NCBI RefSeq assembly: GCF_009834535.1 | Contig: NC_045704.1 | Span: 39,494,001 to 39,558,000 of the forward strand | Length of the DNA stretch: 64,000 nucleotides | Direction of reading: 5' to 3' | From: Camelus ferus | Taxonomy: Eukaryota | Shown: positions 13,491-25,860 of the stretch, piece after piece | Layout: each line of letters starts with the position of its first letter | How positions within the stretch are numbered: the stretch's first letter is position 1 | Made by a program: the position numbers and the translations under genes | Notes under the pieces: generated by a model | Databases searched by the model: none | What the model saw: only the letters and a program-made list of their open reading frames with translations | What the model was told of the DNA's origin: nothing

Positions 13491-13520
13491 CGTGTGTGTG
13501 TGTGTGCGCGTGCGTGTGTG
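13491..13520. repeat. (GT)n/(GC) alternating microsatellite
   Basis: CGTGTGTGTGTGTGTGCGCGTGCGTGTGTG. Confidence 0.95.
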
Positions 13521-14521
13521 ATATTTATATGGCTATCTAACCAAGCTGTTCCATTGTCTTGGATGATCCGCACTTTCAGTCACCTGGGTAAGTCATGCAC
13601 CTTTGGTAAGTACAGTCACCTTGAAGAATCAGCCCAGATTTATCACTTTGAACGTTGAGTATTGGCTCTCCTTCTCTGCATTCTAGTCACAGCCTGTGTT
13701 TGTCCCTCTCGTTACCTTGGTTATTTGTTTTCTACTCTCAAAACCTCTAACAAGGCAAAGGGCCGTATTCATTTTGGGGATGCCTGGGCCATTGCTGAAT
13801 TGAACTTCCTTATCTGCGTTTTGAGACGCTGTAGTTGGCCATAGATACATTATACGTCTACATAATCTGTTCTTTCCCAATTTTGCTCCCTTGGATTGAA
13901 GCACCACTAAGTCTTTACTTCCTCCATCTGGTAATCCCTCTAAGACTCACTCAGGCGTCTCTCCTAGAAATCCTAACTGTCCCCCTCCCCCACCCCAGTC
14001 TTACTGAGATCCCTTTGTCTCTGGTCTTGTTTGCCCTCTGAAAACCTCAGACTTAAGACAAGCTCTAACAAGACACTGGTTAGAGCAAGTCAAGAGCAAG
14101 GACTTCAGTAGCATCGTTAAGGATGTGGATCATGACATTGATCCCAACAGCCCTCATGTTTATCACAGTACCTATCCCCAGTAAGCCACAAGATCTTAGT
14201 CAACATGTGACAAATGCACATGAATGGATGAGTAAAAGAAAAAATGTATGAAAGATAGCTCTTGGCCATAGCACTCTTTGAAAACTTGCTGAATAAAAGT
14301 GCACAACTTGTATGCATTTAATGGTTCAATCAACATTTCATGATCATCTTGATCACTTTTTTGACTGCCTTGCCAGACGCTGACAGTTCCTGAATATTTT
14401 TGCTACGTAGGTAATGGTAAAATGGTGTTCAGGGGAAGCACACTGTTATTCACTTGGAAATTATTAACCTGTAGCAAAATCAGTGAGTTTTATAATGGGG
14501 ATGCAGATGGAGCCTAGAGGT

Positions 14522-14650
14522 TAGGTGATCATATAATTTATCAACGAAATACTTTGGAAACAAAAGAGGTTGTTATTCACAACTATGATGCTGGAACAAC
14601 TGGCATCAACCTGGAATTAACCAGGCAAACTGTAATGAAAGCTTACACTG
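14522..14650 (+). mobile_element. hAT MITE, MER94-like
   Basis: TAGGTGATCATATAATTTATC...GGAACAACTGGCATCAACC...CCAGGCAAACTG resembles the recalled MER94 consensus. Confidence 0.6.
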
Positions 14651-15269
14651 TCTAGAAAGAAACAGCAATGTTCTTATGACTGGCCCTCTGCTCACATGAA
14701 CTTCAGTGTCCACAGGCAAATGTGATGACCAGTGCTATGAAGGTCCTCCCATCAGAGGTTTTTTTATCTGAGTGTCTGAGGTTGCCTCTGAACCTGACCA
14801 TTAGATATTTCTCTTAAGTCACTCACTCCCTCTTTACATCGTTACTGCAGTTTAATCGATTCCTTCCTGCAGACCTATCTGAATAAAAGAATGTCTACTC
14901 TGCTTTGCTCTTCTGCATTTCTCTTTTATGAGATTATGGAAAAAGTAGAGTATGCACATACCTTGTTGACTGAGGTGGAATTCCCTTCCCCCAGAAAAAA
15001 GGGTTTGTTTGGGACAGTGTGTGTGTGTAGCACACGTGTGTTGAGCTCTATACTGTTGCCAGCTAAGAGGAAAAACAACTGTTCTTTCTTGATGGAAGGA
15101 GACTAGGTCCTGCTTTCCCTGAGATTTCCCACAGTCACAGGCTAAACAATTGTAACAAAAAGTCTTTAGAAGCCACCCTCCCCCTGAAAAAATACATAGA
15201 AGAAATAGTGAATCCTACTGCTCTGTAGAATTTTTTTTTTAATCTGGAGCAAACTGGTGCTGAATAATG

Positions 15270-15710
15270 TGTATGTTGGTTATAGATTTTTTTTTTTTGG
15301 CAATAATTCTTCTCTCCATATGTGTGCTCCTAGATAGTCCTCTGTTACACTGAATCTGAAATTTACCACGTGTCTTATTTTGGCCAATAGGGCAATAGAA
15401 AATGTGGCCCATTATTTGGTGCTTGCCCTTTTTCCCTACCCTTGGTTATCCTGTAACCAACACCATGTGAACAGGCATGGACTGGCCTTCTGGATGATGA
15501 GACACACACTGTTAAGTCATCCCTTCTGCCCAGCTAACACTGGTCCAATCATCACCCATGTTAGGAAGCCATGTTTTATCATCCAGCCCCAGCTGAGCCA
15601 GCCTAGATAAGAAGAATCACCCAGATGATTCAGAATCATAAGAAATTTTTAAAGTTTATTGTTTTAAACTGCTAAGTTGTGGGTTAGTTTGTTACATGAA
15701 AAAACCAATT
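15270..15710 (+). mobile_element. MLT1 (MaLR) 5' LTR
   Basis: TTTTGGCCAATAG...ACCATGTGAACAGG...CTAAGTTGTGGGTTAGTTTGTTACA. Confidence 0.75.
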
Positions 15711-17305
15711 GATAAAGAAATAGGTACCTTAAAAAGGGGTTGTTGTAAGAAAAATCTAAAGCATGTGGCATTGGCTTTGGCACCAGGTAGGTGCAGAGGC
15801 TGTAAAAGAGGTCAGGAAACTTTTAACAAATGCTGGAAAAGCAACAAGGAAACTATTAGATTCTTAGTGGAATCTGTTCAGGTGGTGAGGAAATTGCTAT
15901 AGCAAACATTCAACCAGTTATATATTCGTCAGTCAAATTATATAGCAGACAAAAATCTGTAAAATGTCCATAGTAACATAAAAGGTGTTTTTTTAATCCC
16001 CTAATTAATTTGTGGACCTCGGCAAGAAATTTTCCAGGCAAAGTGTTGAAAGTGTCAGTTGGCGTCTTTTAGTGACGTATGATACAGTACAGGAAAAGCG
16101 GGATGAGCTCAAACAAAACAGGCATAACAAAAAGAATGTTTATAAGCATTATGTACTAGACTTTTGGATATAAGGCTTACTGGGTTGGAAAGTAAAAGTG
16201 TTTCTCAATTCCCGTCTCTCAAACAGTAGAAGAGTCCCACAGTATAAAGTGACCTAGAGTAGAAGTCAGCAAGCTCTGCCCCATGGACCAAAGCCAGCCT
16301 GCCCTGATTTTGTGAATACTTTTATTGGACAGAGCCATGCCCATGGTTTATATATTGTTTGTTTGCTGGTTTCTCACTAGAAAGGCAGAATCAAGTAGAT
16401 GTGACAGAGGGCATAAGACCCACAAAGCCTTTTCTATCCCTTTATAGAAAAAGTTTGCCAACCCCTCTCATGGGGTAAAGATCAAATAAAGGGTGAGACT
16501 GCCCTCTGTTAAGACATCTGAAAGATTTAAGAGGGCACCTCATAGAGCTCCCTCACTAGAATTTAAAAGAAAACTTCAGGGCAGTGTCTTACAGTGGACT
16601 GACACACTGAAGTTAAAAAAAAAAATTCTCAAAAAGAATAGTAGATACGGTTTTTGGAGACACAGACTGGATCTGAACTAGACTCACAGGACACCTACAG
16701 AGTGTTAAAAGACAATATTATAGCTGAAAGCATCATCAACATAGACTAAACTTAACAGCCATCATTAAAAAAGAAGCCTCAGATACCTGGCAGATGAGAA
16801 GGGTACTTAGCTGAAAACAGGCAGTATTTCTTGCGGAAAATAAAGGCTGTCTCGGGGGTGATCCAAGAACCCAGAGGCGGAGTCAAGAGCAGTCGTGAAT
16901 AATGAACGAGGCACCAAGACCAGAGAGGAGACCCTGGCTCATTCCCCACCTCTGGAGAACACGATCTGGCGACAGGTAACCAGGTGGATGTCAGAGTAGC
17001 TATGGACCAGTGACTTCTGTCCACCTCACATTCCTCCCTGATCTAACTAGGACCTCTAGTCCAGTCATCCTTTCAGAATTTCACCATATATGTTAGGTAT
17101 ATGGGGTACAGACAATATGTCTTTTCAGTTCGTAGTTTCTTGATTGAAAGAAGCTGAAAGAGGAATCTCATTTGCATTCAGACCTGTTACAGAGCATGAT
17201 TAGCTGATGTATAATTGTAAGAGGGTTTGGGGAGTCCTGGGATAGGAGAGGGCATATATTGAACGTGAGAAGAATATGAAGGATTTAGGGACAGAAGGTA
17301 AGCCG
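15711..17305 (+). mobile_element. MLT1 internal region
   Basis: Begins near GAAATAGGTACC...AAAGCATGTGGCATTGGCTTTGG...GTGCAGAGGCTG; ends GGACAGAAGGTAAGCCG just before the second LTR. Confidence 0.75.
16260..16467 (+). mobile_element. MER58A-like hAT MITE nested in the MLT1 internal region
   Basis: GTCAGCAAGCT...TTTTATTGGACAGAGCCATGCCCAT...AGAAAAAGTTTGCCAACCCCT. Confidence 0.85.
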
Positions 17306-17760
17306 TAGTAGACCACAGGAAAGCCCACAGAATGTATGTTCCCTTTCCTATCAGAGAGTGGAGTCTCTTGTGCCCTTCCCCTAATGTGGGTTGGCTCTGT
17401 GACTTGTTTTGGCCAAAAGAACGTGCTTAAAGTGACCACGTACAAGTTCCAAACCCAGGAATCGAAAGAGCCTGAAGAATCTGCTCCCAGTCTGGGAACC
17501 TATGTACCCCTTGAGTCCAGGTTAGCCTTCTAGAAGAGGAGAAACCACATGGAATGAGGTCCAGGCTATCCCAGCCAACACCCCAGGCAGGCGAAGTGAA
17601 CCGAGTTGAGAAGAGCTGAGCCTGAGTCAGACTAGAAGAAATATGAAGGTAAGCAGAGCGGCATGCTGGCTGATGCACAGCCTTGTGACTCAGTTAAAGG
17701 GTCGCTGCTTTGCGCCATCGCAGGGTCCCATTACTAGGAGGCATTCAGCTTGTCAGCACT
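17306..17760 (+). mobile_element. MLT1 (MaLR) 3' LTR
   Basis: GAGTGGAGTCT...GTGACTTGTTTTGGCCAAAAGAA...CCAGGTTAGCCTTCTAGAAG. Confidence 0.72.
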
Positions 17761-17779
17761 CAGTTATATGATTCACACG

Positions 17780-17895
17780 CAGAGTTCAGGAGCAGACTGT
17801 CTTAACCTGCATCCCGGATTCACTGATTCATGTTTAATTGACTTTGGCTAAGGTACTTAACCTCCGTCTGCCTATCTGCCAAATGGAGACACTTT
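17780..17895 (+). mobile_element. MIR fragment
   Basis: CTTTGGCTAAGGTACTTAACCTC...ATCTGCCAAATGGAG. Confidence 0.55.
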
Positions 17896-18108
17896 TCCTA
17901 AGAAACGCCAGATACTCAGACGCTGTTGCTGTTGTTACGAGTTACGTGTACATTAGCCTTTACTGAGTGTCCAAGTTGGACCCTGAGATCCCAGGGGCAA
18001 CGTGGGGATTCTCTGCCACAAAGAAGAAAAAGAGATAAATGAGGCAGGATGCAAAAAAAGTGAAATTAAGCCACCTCCATTTTATAAATGTTTCCCAGGA
18101 CTCCTTCC

Positions 18109-18200
18109 GGCCGTGTGTTCCAGCTGAGTAACAACGGTTACTGCTTCATACGGGCCGTGTGTTCCAGCTGAGTAACAACAGTTACTGCTTCATACGGGCC
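18109..18200. repeat. Tandem duplication: 44-bp unit x2 plus 4 bp
   Basis: GGCCGTGTGTTCCAGCTGAGTAACAAC(G/A)GTTACTGCTTCATACG at 18109-18152 and 18153-18196, then GGCC; one mismatch. Confidence 0.97.
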
Positions 18201-18269
18201 TCTTCTACGTGCCACACACTTTACACACATTATCTCTCATTCTTTCAATTACTGTGCAAAGCGGTCAAT

Positions 18270-18480
18270 AAATGGTAGCCATTATTATGCATCACACTCT
18301 GTGGCAAGTGCTTTACATTATTATCACATTTAATCCTTAAAATCACTTCTACGATAGGCATTATTAGCCCAGCCTCACAATGAAAGCAACGAACGCACCC
18401 AGACCTCAAATAATGAACCCAAACACACCGAGTGCGTAAAGGCAACGCAGGGGTTCCTGCTGGGAGCTGCCATAATCTAA
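18270..18480 (-). mobile_element. MIR
   Basis: GTGCTTTACATTATTATCACATTTAATCCT...ATTATTAGCCC. Confidence 0.65.
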
Positions 18481-19334
18481 AGCCTGCTTGCTTTTTAACC
18501 GGTGCTACTCTGTATCTCAACAGATGGAAATCCTAGACAGTGAGAGTTCTTTGTCAGGGACATACAAACACTGATAATGGATTATATTTCCAGCTTTGTT
18601 CTCAGAAGTGCTTTTCTGGAAGCAAAGGGGAAAGCTGAAGAAGCTGTCTACACTCCTTAGTGAGTCCTACCAAAAGCAATATTGATTTTCCAGTGTCTTT
18701 TCCTGGCATGATTCATAACATCAAATGAATTTACCCCTGGAAGGGGCCTCTTGCATCATCAGTTTTCAGATTATCTCTTGGGGTCTTTTGTATTGGGAGT
18801 GATGGGGTGATGGAGAATGGACAGGGCCCCTGGTCCTGTCTTTCACCTGTTTCAGTCATAGGGCTTCACATCTATGTGTTCTGTGTAATTAGGGCAGCTT
18901 GAAAAATATAGCTTAATATAAGGATTCCTTTAGTAAAAAAACAAGCAAAGTCAAGTGATTCTGCTTTATTCAGTTTCCCATAGTGTAGATGAGACCACCG
19001 GGGCCTAAGAGGGGAAACCATTTTCCAAAGGCCCTCAAAGATAAGCTTGTGGTGGAGGCAAAACTAGACCTCAGAAATTCTGCTCTCTTCTCCTTATAGG
19101 ACCTGCTGTGAGGATGTTAGTGTGTGAAATTCCCAGTCAGTTTTGATGTGCACAGATTCTGTTAAGTGCCCCTTAAGCACAAAAGAATTAGCTGAATATT
19201 TAAACAATGCATTGCCGCAGCCTGTCTTGTGGATGGGGTGAATGGGTAAAACCAATTCTAGCTAGATTCATCGAAATTTTACTTAGGACCCTTTTGGACC
19301 AGGTCATGACCATATTCAGGCCAATTCCCTTAAA

Positions 19335-19543
19335 CAGTGACCTCTGGGATCAGGGACACTACCAAGACATTAGACAGAATGACCTTGTGGGCACTGTCCT
19401 GTGCATCAGAGAACATTTAGCAGCATCTCTGACCTTTACCCACTCGATGCCAGTAACACCCCACCCCGTCCTCCGTTGTGACATCTCCCGACATTGCCAG
19501 CTGTCTCCTAGGCTGCAAAACCACCCTCCGGTCTGAACTAGTA
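19335..19543 (-). mobile_element. MER20 hAT MITE
   Basis: CTGTCCTGTGCAT...TTTAGCAGCATC...ACCCACTCGATGCCAGTAACACCCC...GACATTGCCA. Confidence 0.85.
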
Positions 19544-22500
19544 GCCTGATCTAGCGTCAAATCATTTATCTGATCATCACTTTTTAGCATTATCCAAAAG
19601 AAAACTGAACTCATAATCCCAAACAATGGCACACTCATCACAGGGAGCACCGTGAGTCAAGGCTGATGCAGCTTTTGAAGGGTTTGGTTTTGTTTTTCAC
19701 CGGATTTACGGTAACTGAGTTGTGCAGGCGCTGAAGTGTTTGTGGATGTTTCAAAATGACCTGCTTTTCATGAACATCAAATTTTTGATCTATCTGCAGA
19801 AAAAAAAAATGGATTGATAGCTGCTATCAAATTTGATAGCAGATCCTGGATGTAAAAAAAAAGTTTTCTCGCTGTAAAATTTTAGCTGCCTGTCACTTAC
19901 ATTATATTATGTCACATCTCACAATGACATATTGCAGTGTAATGCAATGTAAGTCACATAACAGACAACTGCAATTCATAACGTTCTGAGCAGGGAGAGT
20001 CATTCTTTACAGAGAAGCTTCCCAAGGGAAGGGAAGGAATCCCTCTGCTGAGGTCACTCGCAGCACTGAGGCTACTGGACTGTTTGTGACTTACCTTCTC
20101 ATCCTGTCTGTACTCTTTATTTCTCTAACCTGCTTTCCTTTTAAAATGGACCCCCCTTCATGTCTTCTGATTGTGATAATAGGGCGGCTTGCCTCCAGTG
20201 GAAGGTGGGGATTTGCCCAGGCTCTCCCAGCAGGGGTCTCAGGGCTGCTGCTGGCCTAAGGTTGCATTTGTGTGAATTAAAAGATGTATTCATCTTTTTG
20301 TGACTGCAGCCTCAGTGGGTTCAAGGCCTTGGTGATGAGATGGTACCTTTCTAACAATGAGACAAAGGAGACCTCACTGGGGTCATAGCTTCTCAAGGGG
20401 AATGTGTGCTGGTTTTCAGTTGCCACTCCTCCCGGGGCGAGGAGACTTGCACAGGGAACAACTCACACAACTGTGCACAGCGGCCCTGAGAATATTTCAC
20501 CTCCATAAATACAGAGAAGGGCTCAGTTGAGTCACAGACTCGTCTCCTAGGTCAAACATGAACCATCCCCCCTTTTTTAAACCAGGAATTTATATGGAAT
20601 CTGGGAAAGAGAGGATCTATCACCCCAAAACAGCAGCACATGAGATCTGAATAGGCCGACCCTCCCTGCAAGCTTTCTTTCCCACTCTTTGGAGAGAATA
20701 TACAGGGAAGGCAAGAGAGAACAGAGAAAGAAAGTAGAGGACTAGTGCTGGGGAGAGTCAGGGCCCTTCAGCATCCTGGGGGCCCCTGGATCCGGTCGTG
20801 AGAGGAGCCGTTTAAACGCTGGACTTTCTGTTATTTGGATTGGTTTACCTTTATAGTTCAGGTAATTGTGAGTGGAGTTTTCCGTCACTTACAAACAAAT
20901 GAGTTTTAATGAACAGATGTACTTGCTCCATCGAGTTTTTTTTTCTGTTTAGGAGAAGGGGACGCTCTCCACAAGGTCTTCTGTATGAAGCTACATTAAG
21001 TGCGTGCATTCATTCATCAGTCGCTTACATTCTTTAAACACAGCCACCAATTATCAATCTTTCCTTTGAGCCCATGAATTATACTCTAAGGTCACATAAT
21101 TTGTTTTTTAAACGCCATGCAATGCTGCTAAGTAACACGTGGATGCTCCCAGCTTAAGAGGAGACTCGGTCCGAGAAATGCAATACTTAGCAAAGATCAG
21201 CTAGCAAGCGATGCAGCCCACAGACAGAACCAGCCTGCGGACGGCGGCCTCCGCACCTGTGTGACGGGCTCTGTCGCTGCTCTCTTTGATCATCGCTGCC
21301 CCTGAGAGTGTTTTATGTGTTAGAGGCCTGAGGAAGTCATGAATTGTGTGGGATTAAGGGTAATAGAATCACAGCTGGAACAGTCCATGCTCTCCCTCTT
21401 TCTTCCAATTTTCTCTGCATTGCAACTTTTTTCCTTCTGCGCCTTCTAAGAAAACAAACTAATGCGCGCTGTCTGGCAAGAGGCTCAGACCCACTGTGAT
21501 GCGAATGGTCTTCTGTCCATAGAGCAAAATCCAATGGACTTTAAAAAGCAGAGTTCGCAGGGGCCCAGGCACTTGCTAGTAAATTCTCTATCTGCATAGT
21601 CTCCAGAGCCTGGTTTTGGCCTTGCTTTCCTAAGGTTCCCTGGATCTCCTAATGGAACTGCTGCCTTCCTTTCGTCTTGGCCCTGGCTCCCCAGGAGCCG
21701 CGGGCAGCCCGGGTAAGCAGCACCATGGCTGAGTGCTCCTCTCAGGAAGGAGAGTCACAGGCGGGAACATCTGTGTCCCTAGGAGTGAGTTTCTTACTTT
21801 TTGGAAATTCCTGCTGCGATATCACCCTCCCTCACTGAGCCCTCCTTATCCTTCTTTAGGGTCAGCATGTTGAGATCCAGGTTACATTTCAGGGAAGGTT
21901 TTATACAGGTGGTTTAATCCCTTAAAATTCCATTCCTACCTGATGCCAGCGTCCTCCTTTCCTCTTATAAGGTCCCACCAACTTTGCCACTTGGTCCACC
22001 TGGACTGTGATACTAAAGCCCCTGCTGCCTTTCTGTTCTCTGCCACTGGCACAGTGTCATCGCCCTTCTGAGGAGGAAAGGCCCTGAAGAGAGAAATGCT
22101 ATGATGCTAAGTCTCCGTGTTCTGCACTTATAAACAAGACCAAACACATACCCCAATGATGCATTTCCCGGAGAATTGTGCATAGCCAAGATTTGGATTT
22201 TAAACTCTCACTTTGCAACTTCAACATTGAAAATTGTGCTTTTGAGAGAAATGAGTAAGTGATTCCTTGTTAATGGTGCTTTGCTTATTTTGAAAGACAC
22301 TGTATTAAGGGATTAAGCAAGTGAGTAATATAACAGAAACGAGGTCTTTGGAAATGTGCTTCTGTGCAGCTCTCACAGTTTGCCTGTACTCCAGCCTCAG
22401 TGGAGTGCTGGTCTCCAGGGCGTGATCTGGATACTCAGCATGATTTTTGTACTTAGGTTCTCGTTCTTTCCCTCCAGTTCTGTTTATAAGCCAAAGTGCT

Positions 22501-23699
22501 CTTCTGCAGGTTTATTAATAGGAATACTGTATTTCATTTGTTCTAAGGTATATGCATATATTCTTCATGTTTTAATATCTGAGAAACAAAGCTGTGTATT
22601 ATAGTTGAGGGCCCATTGTATTTAACTGTCAGCTTTGTAGTAGAGCATTATTTTTCTTAGTTGGAGATAAATGAATGCTGCATCTCATTAGCAATATCTT
22701 ACACTTGGTGATGCCTAAGTTTTAAGGCATCAGATTAGCATTTGGGCTTCTGTTCAGAAAAAAGCAAAGATAACATGTTGGCCTGATCTGGTTTCAGGCC
22801 ACTATGATTGACCTATCTCAGTCACAGAGGCTCACTAGACCACACTGAGGTACAGGTATGATGCCCTAGTTTAAGTCCCTACTTTGTTCTATATGAATAT
22901 AAAAATCCTAGAAACATCCAAGGAAAAAAAGATACTGATCTCGGTCAGGAGTCAAGTATTTATGTGTCTCTAACTTAGATCTCATAAATGTCACATCATA
23001 CTAATAAAAAGTATGTATTATGTGGAATCACAGTACTACAAAAGTCCCATTTCCAAAAAAATAGTGAGTGCTCCTAAGTGCTTCCCCCCACCGCCATTTA
23101 ATGCATTTTAGACTCTTCATATTTAAAAAAGTTTAAATGATTTATCTGTGTTCCCTTGTCCTGACGCATTGTGTATATATTTGAGTGATTATGTATGTTC
23201 ATTAAAATAGGATAATGCAGCATGAATAAGGTATGAGTAATCAGGATTAAATGGTGGTTTTCTCTTGCAATTTCCCATTACAATTCACTGGATACCTTCT
23301 GTCCAATTGATTTCTGTGAGTTTTAATTATTAGAAGATGTGGGAAAAGCCAAGGAAACACCCCTATAGGGTTGATTACCCAATTTGTATGATTGGTGTAT
23401 ACTTTGTTTCTTCATCAAGGGGCCACACCAGGGCTTCAACCAAGTTTCTGGAAAGCATCTTTCCTCCATTTCTGACAGACTTGATTATCGTGGTGTTGCT
23501 GCTCCTGGTGTTTTTAATCTAGAAATTTCAGCTTTTTAATTAGACATCACTTCCAGATTTTGGCAAAATGTGGACCATCAGTCAGTTTTTGTGAGTTTCA
23601 TTTTTTCTATATCCTCTATATCACTTTTTACATCTATATCTTTCTATATCATCACTAAATTTAGAGTTGGAAGTTGTGCTAGACTGAATCAGGTCTGTT

Positions 23700-23880
23700 A
23701 GCCCAGGACGGGCGTCTCAGTTTTCTTCCTAAGCGTGGGAAACTAATGCTTTACTGTGACTCTTAGTAACTCGCTATCGTCATGAACTGCAAGGACCGTT
23801 ACGAGGATCAGACACGTGCAGCCTAGAACCACCCTTGACGTGTAGTAGCTGCTCACGAGGCAGCAGGCGTAGCAACGCGT
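23700..23880 (+). mobile_element. MIR relic, unusually CpG-rich
   Basis: GTCTCAGTTTTCTT...GTAGTAGCTGCTCA aligns by eye to the MIR core and 3' part. Confidence 0.55.
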
Positions 23881-24109
23881 TCTTTCAGCCCTGCCTCATC
23901 TACACTAAACCATTTGACGGTTTTTGTCTTCTTTTTGATGTTGCCAGGTTTTATTCAACTCATGCTGAGATGGTCTTCTCTAATGCTTAGTGATTAGTTT
24001 CTGACCTTCTGGCGTTTGAAAAAAGAAAGCACAAGTGTTTGAAAACTGTAAATAAAATATCACCAGTTGTGCTGAGCAGTGTTGTAGAAGTGCAGCGTCA
24101 GGCTTTGGG

Positions 24110-24310
24110 AGGCAGTATGTGCTGCTGGTGAGGAAGCAGCTTTAGCAGCTGGGTAGCTGCGTTCTGTGCCTGGCAGGTCAGAAAACACGTCTGAGTTTCA
24201 TTTTCCTCAACTGCAAAATGGCAGTAATAATACTCTCCCTGAGTATGTATAGTAATAGATAGCTGTTAGTGTAAATTACCTGAAGTAATAGGTGCTCAAT
24301 AAATTTTAGC
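24110..24310 (+). mobile_element. MIR
   Basis: TTTCCTCAACTGCAAAATGG...TAGGTGCTCAATAAATTTTAGC. Confidence 0.75.
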
Positions 24311-24972
24311 TTTTTTTCTTTTTTCTTTTTTTGCAATTTGATATATAACACATCCGGAGTAAGAAAGTACAGATTTATCTTAAAAATAACCACAGGAATT
24401 CTCAGTAATATCCTAAGCAGAGATGTAAGCATACTTTCTAATTTTTATAATCCTTTTTTATATTTCTCAATGAAAGTTGTTTTGCAAGCAGTTATATTTC
24501 CATGGCATTGTAATGTTAGATTATTTCTTGGGGAAAAAAAAGTTCTTGCAAAATTTTTTAGAAGAAATATTTTAGAAAGACAGAAAAGTTATAACAGGAT
24601 TAATATAGGGGTATAGGTTTTCATTTTGTTTCCTCTCTACCCAGTCAAAATGTGAACTTTAATTACCAGGGTACATTTTAGTTTTCTTTCTTTGGGAAAA
24701 AAAGATAATGAATTGTAGGTAATTGTCTCTTAACCATTCTAAAGCTTTCGTTATTGAACTTTAGTCTGCCAACATTTATAACAAAGGCAAGTTTCATATC
24801 AACTCACAATATGTTTCGGAACTTGGCCAAAGTTATTTATTATTTTTAAGATTTGAAACCATGCACTGAGAAAACATTCATATATGCATACGTACATAGA
24901 CATGTGTATGTTGAATATTGATATACATAATATGTGTTTATATCAATCTACTTTCCAGACCCATTAGTAAAC

Positions 24973-25006
24973 TGTGTGTGTATGTGTGTGTGTGTGTGTG
25001 TGTGTG
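24973..25006. repeat. (TG)n microsatellite
   Basis: TG run with one TA interruption. Confidence 0.95.
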
Positions 25007-25699
25007 AAGAAAAACTGCCTCAATGTGTGAGACACATTTTTTATCCTGTGAAAAACATCAAGAATAGATACAAATATACTCTAAATACTAAGAACTACTT
25101 CATTAATTTTCTTTTGTGAATCAAGCAAAGTCTTATGATCATAGAGTTTATGGGTCTCCACAGAATATTTCACTGCAGTTTTGGTCGTTCCCTATTTCTC
25201 CTTTATGTAAACTACTCATATATCTGAGCATTCTTCCTTGACTGGGACAGACACCTCTGCCCATAACTGTTTGCTCTTCTCTCTGTAAAAGTTCATTCAA
25301 GCTCTTCCTTTTTGAGAGCTCTCTCTGATCAGTCAAAACTGAATCTGATAATTAAGTATCTTCATAAAACTCTCAATTTTCCTTGTCTGCAGGCTTAGAA
25401 GATAAGCAAGGCTTACCAAATTCTAAACTATTAGAACCATGTATCATATGTTCATTGAGTTCTTTTGATGTATTGGAATAATTTAATTCTTTGATATATC
25501 CAGAAACCTGCTCAACATACTGAGAGAACCTACAATATTGTAGAAGCACATCTTTTAACAATATTATTCAGTATTTTAATGTGGACGAGATTTGGTGCAA
25601 TAATTTCTAGTGTAAGGATCACTTCCACTTGCATTATTTCTTTTGAAGGTTGATAAAGAAGACAGAATACCCAGAGTATCACATAAGTTCAGGTACTAC

Positions 25700-25860
25700 C
25701 CTTGGCATTTATCCTACAGTCTTTCATTTGTTCATCACAGCAGTTTTGTTTTAACACTGACAAACACGGTCTGTTACAGAAAGTTACAGAATGTGTCCAA
25801 AGTCACATTTTCATTAATTGGTGGATGTGAGACTTGTCTGATTTCAAAGTTGGTGGATAT
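25700..25860 (-). mobile_element. MIR fragment
   Basis: AGAAAGTTACAGAATGTGTCCAAAGTCACA...GTCTGATTTCAAAG. Confidence 0.55.

Noticed and set aside
18109-18200. CRISPR-like repeat
   Set aside because: Head-to-tail units with no spacers, in mammalian DNA.
20227-20240. CTCF-like CCAGCAGGGGTC (also CCACCAGAGGAG at about 53208)
   Set aside because: Mismatches at the key GGC positions of the core.
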